Shown here piece by piece: positions 42,178 through 51,091 of a DNA stretch of 64,000 nucleotides (position 1 is the stretch's first letter; every line of letters begins with the position of its first letter). Source of the stretch: Chloroflexota bacterium (GTDB taxonomy: Bacteria > Chloroflexota > UBA11872); the NCBI GenBank assembly GCA_011523785.1, contig WTFW01000063.1, positions 1,615 to 65,614 of the forward strand, written 5' to 3'. The notes under the pieces are model-generated. The model did no database searches. It was not told the origin of the DNA and was given only the letters and a program-made list of their open reading frames with translations. The position numbers were made by a program, and so were the translations under genes.

Positions 42178-42965
42178 CCGGGCTTCGAACCGTTCGCGCC
42201 ACGGTGGAGTACGACGGTGCGGGATTCCAGGGCTTTCAGCGGCAGCGCAGTTCGCGCACCGTGCAAGGTGTCCTGGAGGCCGCGATTCATGCCGCCACCG
42301 GCGACGAGGTAACAGTTGCCGGCGCCGGGCGGACCGACAGCGGAGTTCATGCCCTGGGGCAGGTGATGGCTTTTCGTACTGCGTCGAGTCTTGACGACGA
42401 CACGCTTCTCAGGGCCATGAACGCGCACTTGCCGGTAGACGTTGCGATCCGAGACCTCTCAACCGTGGCGCCGGCGTTTGATCCGCGTCGCGACGCCACC
42501 GCGCGCGTCTACGAGTACCGCATCGAGCAGCAGCCAGTGCGGCCCGTCCTGGACAGGGCGCGCGCATGGCACGTTCGGCAATCGCTTGATGTGGCGCGCA
42601 TGCGGTCGGCGGCCGCCGAATTGGTCGGGGGCCATGACTTCGACGCATTTACCGCGGGAGTCCAGGAGAGCACGAAGCGCGAGGTATTTGCGCTGGAAGT
42701 GTGGCGGGAAGGGAGCACCATTCGCGTTCGCATCGCAGCCAATGCGTTCCTGTACCGAATGGTGCGGCGGATCGTCGCGACCCTTGTTCGCGCCGGCCGT
42801 GGTGAAATCGACGCGGCGGATGTCGCAGCGCTCCTGAAGCCCGCAGCCAGGTCCCAGGTTCGCGGCACGGCTCCGGCGCACGGACTTACCTTGCTGCAGG
42901 TGGAGTATCCGAACGTGGCGTCTCGATACAATCGACCACAAATGACACAGGCGGTGACGTGGTGA
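42174..42965 (+). CDS. truA: tRNA pseudouridine(38-40) synthase
   Basis: Motifs [33 protein letters not shown] and APAHGL. Confidence 0.97.
   Translation: MTGLRTVRATVEYDGAGFQGFQRQRSSRTVQGVLEAAIHAATGDEVTVAGAGRTDSGVHALGQVMAFRTASSLDDDTLLRAMNAHLPVDVAIRDLSTVAPAFDPRRDATARVYEYRIEQQPVRPVLDRARAWHVRQSLDVARMRSAAAELVGGHDFDAFTAGVQESTKREVFALEVWREGSTIRVRIAANAFLYRMVRRIVATLVRAGRGEIDAADVAALLKPAARSQVRGTAPAHGLTLLQVEYPNVASRYNRPQMTQAVTW
42927..42932 (+). promoter_or_regulatory. Candidate internal -10 (TACAAT) for rplM-rpsI inside the truA 3' end
   Basis: Near-consensus hexamer about 30 nt upstream of the rplM start, in the non-conserved tail of truA. No good -35. Confidence 0.35.
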
Positions 42966-43378
42966 GCGATCAGAGCGGGCGGCGATGGGTGGTGGTTGAC
43001 GCCTCCGGACAAACGCTGGGGCGGCTGGCTACGCGCATCGCCCACGTGCTGCGTGGAAAAGACCAGCCGACGTTCACGCCGAACGTTGACGACGGCGCCG
43101 GAGTGATCGTGATTAACGCCGCGCGCGTTCGCGTCACCGGACGCAAGCTGGAGCAGAAGTTCTACGCCCGGCACAGCGGCTACCCGGGGGGGATTCGGAT
43201 GACGCGCCTGGACGACATGCTCGCCCAACGACCCGACCGGGTGATTCGACTTGCCGTTAAGGGAATGTTGCCGAAGACCACGCTCGGCCGCCGCGCATTG
43301 AAGCGGCTCCGTGTGTACGACGGCCCTGAACACCGTCACGAGGCCCAGCGGCCCCAGATTCTCGAGGTTGGCGCATGA
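42959..43378 (+). CDS. rplM: 50S ribosomal protein L13
   Basis: Motifs WVVVDA..TLGRLA, HSGYPGG and AVKGMLPK. Start at GTG 42959 or 42962. Confidence 0.98.
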   Translation: MVSDQSGRRWVVVDASGQTLGRLATRIAHVLRGKDQPTFTPNVDDGAGVIVINAARVRVTGRKLEQKFYARHSGYPGGIRMTRLDDMLAQRPDRVIRLAVKGMLPKTTLGRRALKRLRVYDGPEHRHEAQRPQILEVGA

Positions 43379-43770
43379 CGCTTGAAGGCCACTACTACTA
43401 CGGGCTGGGACGCCGCAAGGCCGCGATCGCACAGGTCCGCGTCTACCCCGGGCACGGGCCGTTTGTTGTCAATGGGCGTCCGATCGAGGAATTCCTGTCC
43501 GTCCCCGATCATCGGTTTCACGCGCTGGAGCCGCTGCGAATGCTCGAAGAGATGTCCGTTGGCATTTCCGCGCGCGTGACCGGCGGTGGTACGCGCGGTC
43601 AGGCAGGAGCAATTCGGCTTGGGTTGGCGCGTGCGCTGGTGTCCATGGACGCTGAGAACCGACCGAAGCTCAAGCAGGCCGGCATGCTGACCCGTGATCC
43701 GCGGGCCAAGGAGCGTAAGAAGCCCGGCCTCGTTCGCGCGCGCAAGGCCAAGCAGTTCACCAAGCGCTAG
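43375..43770 (+). CDS. rpsI: 30S ribosomal protein S9
   Basis: Motifs [27 protein letters not shown] and QFTKR. Confidence 0.99.
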   Translation: MTLEGHYYYGLGRRKAAIAQVRVYPGHGPFVVNGRPIEEFLSVPDHRFHALEPLRMLEEMSVGISARVTGGGTRGQAGAIRLGLARALVSMDAENRPKLKQAGMLTRDPRAKERKKPGLVRARKAKQFTKR

Positions 43771-44372
43771 ACGTCGGGCGGCGGCCGCACTGCCGCCTCG
43801 TCTGAGGCAACGTCCAGGTCCAGTTCCGGAAGCTCGTCCAGCGACGTCAGACCGAAGTAGGCCAGGAATGTGTCGGTTGTCGTAAAGACCGCTGGACGTC
43901 CCGGAGCATCAAGTCGCCCGGCTTCGCGAATCAGGTTTCGCGCGAGCAGCGAGGCTAAGGCGCTGTCAGAGTCGACACCGCGCACCCGTTCGATTTCCGC
44001 ACGCGTAGCCTGTCCGCGATAGGCGACGATTCCCAGCGTCTCCAGGGCTGCGCGCGACGGCTGCCGGCGTTGGTCCAGACCCAGAAGCCGGCGGCAGTGG
44101 TCCGCAAGATCGGGAGCGGAGACCAGCCGGAAGGCATTGCGGTGCTCGAGCAAGACGATGCCGCGCGTGCGGTAGTGCGCGATCAGTTCGCGGAGCGCTG
44201 CTTGAACCTCGACGTCGGATGCACCGGTAACTCCGCCAAGCTCGGCTGCCGAGAGCGCGCGGTCCGCTACGAACAGCAACCCCTCGATCGTACGCGCCAG
44301 CCCGAAGTCGCCATCGAGGCTATCGGCCACGGCGTCGTCGGGCTCGGTCCGGGCGTCGCTATCCGTCGCCAT
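43767..44372 (-). CDS. scpB: SMC-Scp complex subunit ScpB
   Basis: Motifs IEGLLF, SRAALETLGIVAY, TRAEIERVRGV, GRLDAPGRP and FLAYFGL..LDELP; ATG at 44372. Confidence 0.95.
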   Translation of the reverse strand: MATDSDARTEPDDAVADSLDGDFGLARTIEGLLFVADRALSAAELGGVTGASDVEVQAALRELIAHYRTRGIVLLEHRNAFRLVSAPDLADHCRRLLGLDQRRQPSRAALETLGIVAYRGQATRAEIERVRGVDSDSALASLLARNLIREAGRLDAPGRPAVFTTTDTFLAYFGLTSLDELPELDLDVASDEAAVRPPPDV

Positions 44373-45114
44373 GCTCGCGAGTGGATCTGAGCACGATGGA
44401 CCCGAAAGTTCCCGACTGCTCGACGGTGGCCGTACGCTGCCGCACCAGGTGAAGCACGGCGACAAATGTAGCGATGAGTTCGGCGCGGTCGGCGCAAGCC
44501 GCTGCGATCGAATCGAAGGCCAGCGTTCCGTGGGACCTCAACCTGGCTTGCAGATCCTGCACCTTATCTGCCACACGGAATCGCCTTGTCGGCGCTTCGA
44601 TGAGCGACTCAACGGGCGTATCGACTTGGGTCAATCGCTCCAGCGCCGAGAGCAGCCGCATCAGGTCGCCGGCGCCCGGTTCGGGGGACGGCTGCGGAAG
44701 GCTCGGCTCGGCAACCCGTATGAACGACGACTCCCCAGCGCGCAGCCTGGCGTCCAGGTCCATCGCCACGGCCTTGAACGCCGCATAGACCCGCAGGCGC
44801 TCCGCGAGATCGTCGACCGACTCTTCCTCATCCTCGGGCTCGACCCTCGGAAGCAGCGCTCGCGACTTGAGCAGCGCGAGACGCGATGCGACGAGCAGAA
44901 ACTCGGAGGCCGCTTCCGCAAACTGCTCGTGCAGCTGGTGGGCGAAAGCAACAAACTGGTCCGTGACGGCAAGCACTGAGACACCTGTGATGTCCAGGCC
45001 TTGCTTCTCTATCAGCTGAACCAGGAGATCCAGCGGACCCTCGAAGTCGTCGATATCGATCTCAAAGCCGCCCAGCGCGCTTTCCTGCCCAACGGGTCCC
45101 CAGGTCGCCGTCAC
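44359..45114 (-). CDS. scpA: Segregation and condensation protein ScpA (kleisin)
   Basis: Motifs FEGPLDLL, ASEFL, LKSRALLP, TFVAVLHL and QSGTFGSI; GTG 45114 overlaps the upstream stop. Confidence 0.93.
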   Translation of the reverse strand: MTATWGPVGQESALGGFEIDIDDFEGPLDLLVQLIEKQGLDITGVSVLAVTDQFVAFAHQLHEQFAEAASEFLLVASRLALLKSRALLPRVEPEDEEESVDDLAERLRVYAAFKAVAMDLDARLRAGESSFIRVAEPSLPQPSPEPGAGDLMRLLSALERLTQVDTPVESLIEAPTRRFRVADKVQDLQARLRSHGTLAFDSIAAACADRAELIATFVAVLHLVRQRTATVEQSGTFGSIVLRSTREHGDG

Positions 45115-45599
45115 AGCCCGGCATCCAGTTCGGCCAGCCGTCGTCCGCGTTCGTGTTCGCGAAAGCCGTAGCAACGAAGCGTCTCCACCACGTCAGGGGG
45201 CGATCCGGCCAGTTCCGCCAGACGCGCGCTGGCTTCAGTGTCGCCACCCAGGCGGGCGATTCGTCCCCGCCGTGACGTGGCTGGACGGAGTTGCCAGCGC
45301 AACAGCAACCATGGCGCCAGGGCTTTGGCAAGCGTCAGACCGGTACGGTCCGCCAATCCCGGCCGGCCCTTCCCGACGTCGTGAAGTAGCGCAGCTACCT
45401 GCAGGGCGTCGTCGTTCGGCCAGGCCTCTTGAGCCGCCCCATACACGGCGAGCGCATGGCGTTGATCGGCAGGAGACAAGCGCTGGAACAGCGTCCGCTC
45501 ATCCTCGTTCAACCGCTGCATGGCCTGGTCGCGTGAGCTTGCCGGAACACGTGGATCAAATAACGCCAGTGCCTGCCGAAGCCGGTAGCTAACCTCCAA
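45111..45599 (-). CDS. HD-domain protein
   Basis: Motifs DQRHAL and AALLHDVGK. Start uncertain (TTG 45599 or 45620). Confidence 0.8.
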   Translation of the reverse strand: MEVSYRLRQALALFDPRVPASSRDQAMQRLNEDERTLFQRLSPADQRHALAVYGAAQEAWPNDDALQVAALLHDVGKGRPGLADRTGLTLAKALAPWLLLRWQLRPATSRRGRIARLGGDTEASARLAELAGSPPDVVETLRCYGFREHERGRRLAELDAGL

Positions 45600-46218
45600 G
45601 GAGCAGCCTCGTGGCCCCAAGCACCGGGCCGCTGATGATACCGGTGGCCCCGGGCACGATGGCGATCAACAGAAAGAGTCCAATCAGGAGTCCGGGTCCG
45701 AATCTGCGCAGCCCGTCCAGCCGTATGGCCGTCTCGCGCGGGACCAGGCCGATCAGCACGCTGAAGCCATCCAGCGGCGGCAGCGGGATCAGGTTGAATG
45801 CGGCCAGAAAAAGGTTGAGTTGAATGATCAGCACCACCGCCACGGTGATCAGATCCGTCCCGGAACTCGACGCAAGCTCGCGGGCGACCGGCGCGAGCAC
45901 CAGGGCCAGCGCCACATTCGATGCCGGTCCGGCGGCGGCGACCAGGGCCATCCCGCGATGCGATCCGAACCGCAGTCGGTAGGGATTCACCAGCACCGGG
46001 CGCCCCCAGCCGAACGAGGCGATGAGGATCATGACCGTGCCGAGGAAATCCAGGTGCTTCAGCGGGTTCAGGGTCACCCGCCCCTGGAGCCGTGGCAGGT
46101 CATCCCCGAGCCAGGTTGCCACCAGCGCGTGGCTTGCCTCGTGCAGGGTGATCGCAATGACGAACGCCAAGGCGACGATGAGAAAGAGCTCTGGATCCTG
46201 GGCCAGGCGAAGCAGCAT
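45589..46218 (-). CDS. Site-2 protease (peptidase M50) family membrane protein
   Basis: Motifs HEASH, TLNPLKHLD, GWGRPV, AAAGPASN and FNLIPLPPLDG. Confidence 0.95.
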   Translation of the reverse strand: MLLRLAQDPELFLIVALAFVIAITLHEASHALVATWLGDDLPRLQGRVTLNPLKHLDFLGTVMILIASFGWGRPVLVNPYRLRFGSHRGMALVAAAGPASNVALALVLAPVARELASSSGTDLITVAVVLIIQLNLFLAAFNLIPLPPLDGFSVLIGLVPRETAIRLDGLRRFGPGLLIGLFLLIAIVPGATGIISGPVLGATRLLLGG

Positions 46219-46330
46219 TCGGTTGCTCCGATTCCCCTAGCCGGCGATGCCGCGGCGTGGCGCTGAAAGGATCGCTACGGCCCGCCTCGTGCAAGTTCGC
46301 CGGATGGCTGCAGGCGCCAACAGGTCAGGC

Positions 46331-47098
46331 TTAGGCATCGGCACGCTCCACCGTCACTGCGTCGCCAATGCGACAGCCAAGCCTCTGGGCGGCCGAGCCG
46401 CCCGGCACCGCAATCTCCAGCAGGTTCCAGCTTCCAATCAAGGCGACGGGCTCACGCCCCGTGCCATAGGTCGTGGCCAGGCCCCTGATGCGCGCGTCGC
46501 CGACTTGTGCTTGGAGCATGTGGGCAGTCTGCACCAACTCGGCCCGTATGTTTGTGATCAGGTTTCCAAACGCGTCAACGTGGATAACTTCGCCTCTGAT
46601 CTTCGGTCCATCAATGCACGCGGATGGCCGGTCGACGCGTACCGGATCCTGGACGAGCGAGCCGAGCCAGTCGGGGCGTTCGTAGTTCGCCAGGCGTGCG
46701 GCGACGGGCGCAAAGATGTCGCGCGCGTGAAACGTCGGCGCAACTGAGTCCCGCCAGGCCTCCGGTCGGTCAACGCACCAGCACTCAATGTCACCCTGCG
46801 TGGGCGTCAACAAGCCGTTGTCGGGTCCGACCAGCCAGCGGCCGTCGCGACGCACGATTAGTCCGCGCCTTGCAGTTCCGACACCTGGATCGACCACCGC
46901 CAGCAGCACGCTGCCTGGGGGCAGAAGCTCAAGCGAGGCGTCGACGATGCACGCGCCGAGCGAAACGTGATGCGCAGGAACGCCGTGCGTCAGGCTGATG
47001 ATCCGCGCATCTGTCGCCGCGGCGACAACCGCGGCCGTTTGCCCGGCGTAGGGGTCATCGGTGCCGAAATCGGTCAACAACGCGACCAGGCGTCTCAT
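46331..47098 (-). CDS. SAM hydroxide adenosyltransferase (DUF62; fluorinase/chlorinase superfamily)
   Basis: Motifs LLTDFG, VVDPGVGTARR, VGPDNG, TFHARDIFAP, DAFGNLITN and LEIAV..GSAA. Confidence 0.93.
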   Translation of the reverse strand: MRRLVALLTDFGTDDPYAGQTAAVVAAATDARIISLTHGVPAHHVSLGACIVDASLELLPPGSVLLAVVDPGVGTARRGLIVRRDGRWLVGPDNGLLTPTQGDIECWCVDRPEAWRDSVAPTFHARDIFAPVAARLANYERPDWLGSLVQDPVRVDRPSACIDGPKIRGEVIHVDAFGNLITNIRAELVQTAHMLQAQVGDARIRGLATTYGTGREPVALIGSWNLLEIAVPGGSAAQRLGCRIGDAVTVERADA

Positions 47099-48000
47099 CC
47101 TTGGGCCGCCGGCAGTCCGTACGCGGGCCGCGCCCGTAGCGCGCCTTGCACGACTGCGGCCGAGAACGCCTCGGCAGCGGCGTGGCCAACCGATGTGAGA
47201 TCGACATTCTCGGTTCCGGCGCCCACCGACACGGCAAAGATCGTGTCGCCATCGTGCATGCCGTGTGCCGGTCGCACGGCTCGCGCCAGACCGTCGTGCG
47301 ACATTTCGGCGACTTTCCGCAGCTGCCAGCGCTCCAGGGCGGCGTTCACGGCCACCACGCCGATCGTGGTGTTCTGGCCGAATCCCGAACCGGTGCTGCC
47401 CGAAGCCACAGCCAATGGGCCGCCGGTGCCGGGGTCATGGACGGCGCCTGCCGGGTTCACGACGACCAGGGCGCCTGCCGTGACATCCCCACTGTGAAAC
47501 AGAGCGCTGCCAAGGCCGCCCTTCATTCGGCCATTGCCGAAACCAATAGTGGCGCCGGTTCCCGCGCCCACGTTGCCCTGTGGCACAGGGTCCGTGGATG
47601 CCGCATTGGCAGCCGCCTCGCCCGCGGCAGCATCCGGGCGGATTGACGGATCGCCGACCGACAGGTCATAAACCACGGCCCCCGGCACGATGGGCACAGG
47701 CCCGGCGCTCGCAGGGAATCCGCGACCTCTTGTTTCCAGGAAGCGCATCACCCCGTCGGCCGCGGCCAGTCCGTACGCGCTGCCGCCGGTCAAGAGAATC
47801 GCGTCGGCCTGCCCAACCAGCCCGCCGGGATGCAGCGCGTCCGTCTCTCGGGTCCCCGGGGCCGATCCGCGAACATCCACGGCGGCTGCTACGGCTCGGT
47901 CGAAAAGCACCACCGTGCATCCGGTCCCGGCCGCCGCATGTGTCCAGTGACCCACGCGAATGCCCGGCAGCGCGGTCAATGTCCGATTCGCGTTAGCCAC
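47095..48000 (-). CDS. P1/DmpA (S58) family peptidase
   Basis: Motifs TGCTV, RGSAPGTRET, LTGGSAYGL, GNVGAGTG, NTTIG (autoprocessing site) and DGDTIF. Confidence 0.92.
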   Translation of the reverse strand: MANANRTLTALPGIRVGHWTHAAAGTGCTVVLFDRAVAAAVDVRGSAPGTRETDALHPGGLVGQADAILLTGGSAYGLAAADGVMRFLETRGRGFPASAGPVPIVPGAVVYDLSVGDPSIRPDAAAGEAAANAASTDPVPQGNVGAGTGATIGFGNGRMKGGLGSALFHSGDVTAGALVVVNPAGAVHDPGTGGPLAVASGSTGSGFGQNTTIGVVAVNAALERWQLRKVAEMSHDGLARAVRPAHGMHDGDTIFAVSVGAGTENVDLTSVGHAAAEAFSAAVVQGALRARPAYGLPAAQG

Positions 48001-48058
48001 ACACGGTCCTGGGGGCGTCGTCTGGTCTGATTGTCACAGACGCCCGGTTACGCCCGAA

Positions 48059-48064
48059 TAGAAT
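48059..48064 (+). promoter_or_regulatory. -10 element TAGAAT of a probable leaderless transcript
   Basis: TAGAAT-cgctc-ATG(48070); no SD upstream of that ATG. Confidence 0.5.
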
Positions 48065-48069
48065 CGCTC

Positions 48070-49347
48070 ATGGTGCGACGTCTGTCCCGGCGTACGTTCA
48101 TCGCAGCGGCGGCAATGGCTACGGCCGCGTGCGGCGCCGCGGTGCAATCAAGCGACCTGCCCCAGGCGATGGTGGTTGCGGCCGGCGATGAACCCCAGGG
48201 CGACTTGTCGCAGGCGATGGCCGGCGACCGACAGTTGCGCGCGAGCCTGATGGCCGACGCCGCAAGGCTCGCGCGACTGGACGCAACGTCGTCACTCCGG
48301 TCGTCGACCCTCGGGGACGCTCTCGTTCGGTCTATCGATGCGCTTGGACTCGACGCCGAACGTCGAGAATTCCTGGCCCTCGGTCGCGGTCTGCCCTCCG
48401 TGAGTTTGCGGGTGGACGGCGACTTTGTGCTCGCCGCGGGCATGATCTACTCGGCCGTCGGCATCGTCGAGGGTCCGTTGCGGCAGGCCGACGTCAACGA
48501 CGAGGGCGTGCTGCGCGGCTCGGACTACGACGGAGCCGTGGTGCTGATTGCTCGGGGTGTTACGCCCTTTCGAGTCATCGGCCGGCTATTGGAAGACGCC
48601 GGTGCTGCGGCGGTCATCGTCTACAACAACAGGCCGGGATGGCTCTACGGCACGCTCAGTCAACCTTCGGGCATCCCCGTGGTCTCCGTGACTGAGGAGG
48701 CGGGCGAGGACCTGGTCGAGCGCCTGGAGCGCGGCGAGCCGCAGGCCATGGTGGATGTCTCGCCGCCGCAGCGGTCCTTCGAGGGCGCCAATGTGATCGG
48801 GCATCGGGCGGGACCGTTACGGCGTCAGATCGTCGTCGCCACGCCCGCTGATGCTCCGCTGGGCGACTACTCCAACGGTGGTAACGCCGACGGACTTGCG
48901 CTCCTGCTTGCCCTGGCCCGCCACGCTGATGAGGTGGGCGCCCGGCATTCGATCACCTTTGTCGCGTTCGACGGCACCCATCGCGGCTACGTTGGCAGTC
49001 GCTGGTACCTGGCGCACCTTTCAGACGACGAGCGCGCGACGATTGACTCCGTGCTTGCATTCGATCGCCCTGGGCGCTCCCGCCCCTTGCAGCTTGGCGT
49101 GTCGGATGAACTGGCGCCGCTGATAAATCAGCGACTCGAAGCTGACGGGACCGATCTACGCGTCACGAGTGACTTCGGCATGGGGCGCGGCGACCACGAC
49201 ATATTCGCCGCTCGTGGAGTGCCGTACGTCTTCCTCACCCGAGCCGGTCCAGGCGAGATTTCGGCGGACCACTTGTTGTCTGCATTCCATGTCGCTGCGG
49301 CCGCACTCGAGGTTTTGGACGGAATCGACTCCACCGCAACGAATTAG
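48070..49347 (+). CDS. M28-like/PA-domain exported lipoprotein, probably catalytically inactive
   Basis: Tat/lipobox signal LSRRTFIAAAAMATAAC; PA domain GAVVLIARG..GAAAVIVYNN..IPVVSV; M28 fold NVIG..GDH..F...GVP. Metal ligands are degenerate. Confidence 0.8.
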   Translation: MVRRLSRRTFIAAAAMATAACGAAVQSSDLPQAMVVAAGDEPQGDLSQAMAGDRQLRASLMADAARLARLDATSSLRSSTLGDALVRSIDALGLDAERREFLALGRGLPSVSLRVDGDFVLAAGMIYSAVGIVEGPLRQADVNDEGVLRGSDYDGAVVLIARGVTPFRVIGRLLEDAGAAAVIVYNNRPGWLYGTLSQPSGIPVVSVTEEAGEDLVERLERGEPQAMVDVSPPQRSFEGANVIGHRAGPLRRQIVVATPADAPLGDYSNGGNADGLALLLALARHADEVGARHSITFVAFDGTHRGYVGSRWYLAHLSDDERATIDSVLAFDRPGRSRPLQLGVSDELAPLINQRLEADGTDLRVTSDFGMGRGDHDIFAARGVPYVFLTRAGPGEISADHLLSAFHVAAAALEVLDGIDSTATN

Positions 49348-49370
49348 CCTTCCCCTTCCAGCAAACGCGA

Positions 49371-50654
49371 TCAGTCCTGGCGTTCCGAGTTGCGGTGCAT
49401 GGCCTGGCTGCGACCGTCGGCCTCCTCGAACCGTTGTTTCAGCCGCGCATTCGCGTCCCGCAGCGCCATATCAGGGTCAACGTTTGCCGCATCGGCGCGC
49501 GCGGCGACCCATAGGAGAGCGTCGCCCAATCGTTCTGCGTCGTTCCCGGACGACAGCGCGGCCAGTGTCGCTGTTTCCAGGCCGGCCTCGTCCAGTGGCT
49601 CTCCGGCCCGGCGCAGCGCGCGCACGGCCGATCTCGCAAACGTCAGGCTGGGCATTGAGTCCGGCAGGCCGTCAAATGGACCGGTATCTCCGTTGTGTTC
49701 GTCAGCCTTGATTTGGGCCCATGTCTGACTCAGGTCGTCCAGGGATTCAAACTGCGCGTCGCCGAAGACATGGGGATGCCGTCGAATCATCTTCGCGCCA
49801 ATGGCCGCAACCACGTCCGGCCAGGCAAACCCGCCGCGCTGCCGGGCAATCTCCGCGTGCAGGACGAGGTTCGCCAGCACGTCGCCAAACTCGTCCGCCA
49901 TTGCGACGTCGTCGTCTCGTTCAATCGCGGCCAGGGCCTCGTGCGCTTCTTCCGCGAGGTAGGGACGAAGCGTTCGGTGGGTCTGCTGCTTGTCCCACGG
50001 GCAGCCGTCCGGCCCGCGAAGTTGCTGAAAGATGTCCAGCAGTGTGTTTGTGTCGCGAAGTCTCGATTGCTCCGTGGGCAAAGCGCGCATCGACATCGGA
50101 TACGGCATGGGACTGGCTGGGCCGTCGCCTCGCCAGCTTGAGCAGGGCCACGGCTTGACTTCAATAGCCGCGTCCGGCCCGTACGCCGCCCGCAGCCGCT
50201 TCCTCCACGTCTTCAGCTCGCCATCATCGGCAATACCCCGCACCACGGACTGAATCCCCGCCGCGGGCCGCCAGTCCCCGCCGGCCGGACCCATGACGGT
50301 GGGGCCTTCAATAGCTGGCGCACATTCCGGACCGACGGTCAGGCCAATGATTCCGCGGTCTGCCAGTTCCTGAAGCACCCCGACACCCGGATCGTCGTCT
50401 GGTCCATACCCGGGCGCCAGGTAGAGCGGGCGCGTGCCGTAAAGGTTCTCCAAAGCGCCGGTCCAGGCATCGGCCGCCGGCGGCGATGGCAGTTGAACCG
50501 CACGTGGGGCGGCGGGGATGGACACCCAGGAAACCACCGGATCGGTGGATGTCAGGACCACACCATCAACTGACCCGGGGTCACCCTCTCGCATGAATGC
50601 CGCATGCACATGGACATTCACCGATGAGAGATGGATTTGATCTGTGGCCGCCAT
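49371..50654 (-). CDS. mazG: MazG-family nucleotide pyrophosphohydrolase with divergent N-terminal domain
   Basis: Motifs LRGPDGCPWDKQQTH, EEAHE, DEFGDVL, KMIRRHPHVFG and W..IK. Confidence 0.88.
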   Translation of the reverse strand: MAATDQIHLSSVNVHVHAAFMREGDPGSVDGVVLTSTDPVVSWVSIPAAPRAVQLPSPPAADAWTGALENLYGTRPLYLAPGYGPDDDPGVGVLQELADRGIIGLTVGPECAPAIEGPTVMGPAGGDWRPAAGIQSVVRGIADDGELKTWRKRLRAAYGPDAAIEVKPWPCSSWRGDGPASPMPYPMSMRALPTEQSRLRDTNTLLDIFQQLRGPDGCPWDKQQTHRTLRPYLAEEAHEALAAIERDDDVAMADEFGDVLANLVLHAEIARQRGGFAWPDVVAAIGAKMIRRHPHVFGDAQFESLDDLSQTWAQIKADEHNGDTGPFDGLPDSMPSLTFARSAVRALRRAGEPLDEAGLETATLAALSSGNDAERLGDALLWVAARADAANVDPDMALRDANARLKQRFEEADGRSQAMHRNSERQD

Positions 50655-50663
50655 GCGCTGCGA

Positions 50664-50670
50664 TATTCTA
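50664..50670. promoter_or_regulatory. Overlapping divergent -10 elements (bidirectional promoter candidate) for mazG and gcvH
   Basis: TATTCT on + (50664-50669) and TAGAAT on - (50670-50665) in a 50-bp intergenic region. Confidence 0.5.
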
Positions 50671-50704
50671 GACCTTAGCCCTAATTGCTTGGCCCGGTGA
50701 GTTC

Positions 50705-51091
50705 ATGTACCCAGACGACCTTGGCTACACCCGCGAACACGAGTGGGTGCGCGACGACGGCGACCAGCTGGTCGTCGGCATCACGGCCTACGCGCAGGAA
50801 GAGTTGGGGGATGTCGTCTACGTCGAGCTGCCGACGCCGGGCGACAGCTTCGCCGCGGGTGACGAGTTTGGAACGGTCGAGTCGGTCAAGGCCGTCTCGC
50901 CCCTCTACGTCCCAATGTCAGGCGAGATTCTCGAGGTCAACGAGGAACTTGAGGCACAGCCCGAACTCATTAACGAAGATCCCTACGCCGCCGGCTGGAT
51001 GATCCGGCTGGCCGCGAGCGATCCGAGCGAGCGCGACACGCTGCTCGATGCGCAGGCGTACGAACAGCTGGTGAATGAGCTACGCGCCTAA
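50705..51091 (+). CDS. gcvH: Glycine cleavage system H protein
   Basis: Motifs EHEW, GITAYAQEELGDVVYVELP, VESVKA (lipoyl Lys) and PELINEDPY..GW. Confidence 0.97.
   Translation: MYPDDLGYTREHEWVRDDGDQLVVGITAYAQEELGDVVYVELPTPGDSFAAGDEFGTVESVKAVSPLYVPMSGEILEVNEELEAQPELINEDPYAAGWMIRLAASDPSERDTLLDAQAYEQLVNELRA

Noticed and set aside
46331..47098. SAM-dependent halogenase (fluorinase/chlorinase)
   Set aside because: Retains the Asp/Arg/His residues (VVDPG, RR, TFH) of the DUF62 hydrolase branch; no biosynthetic context.
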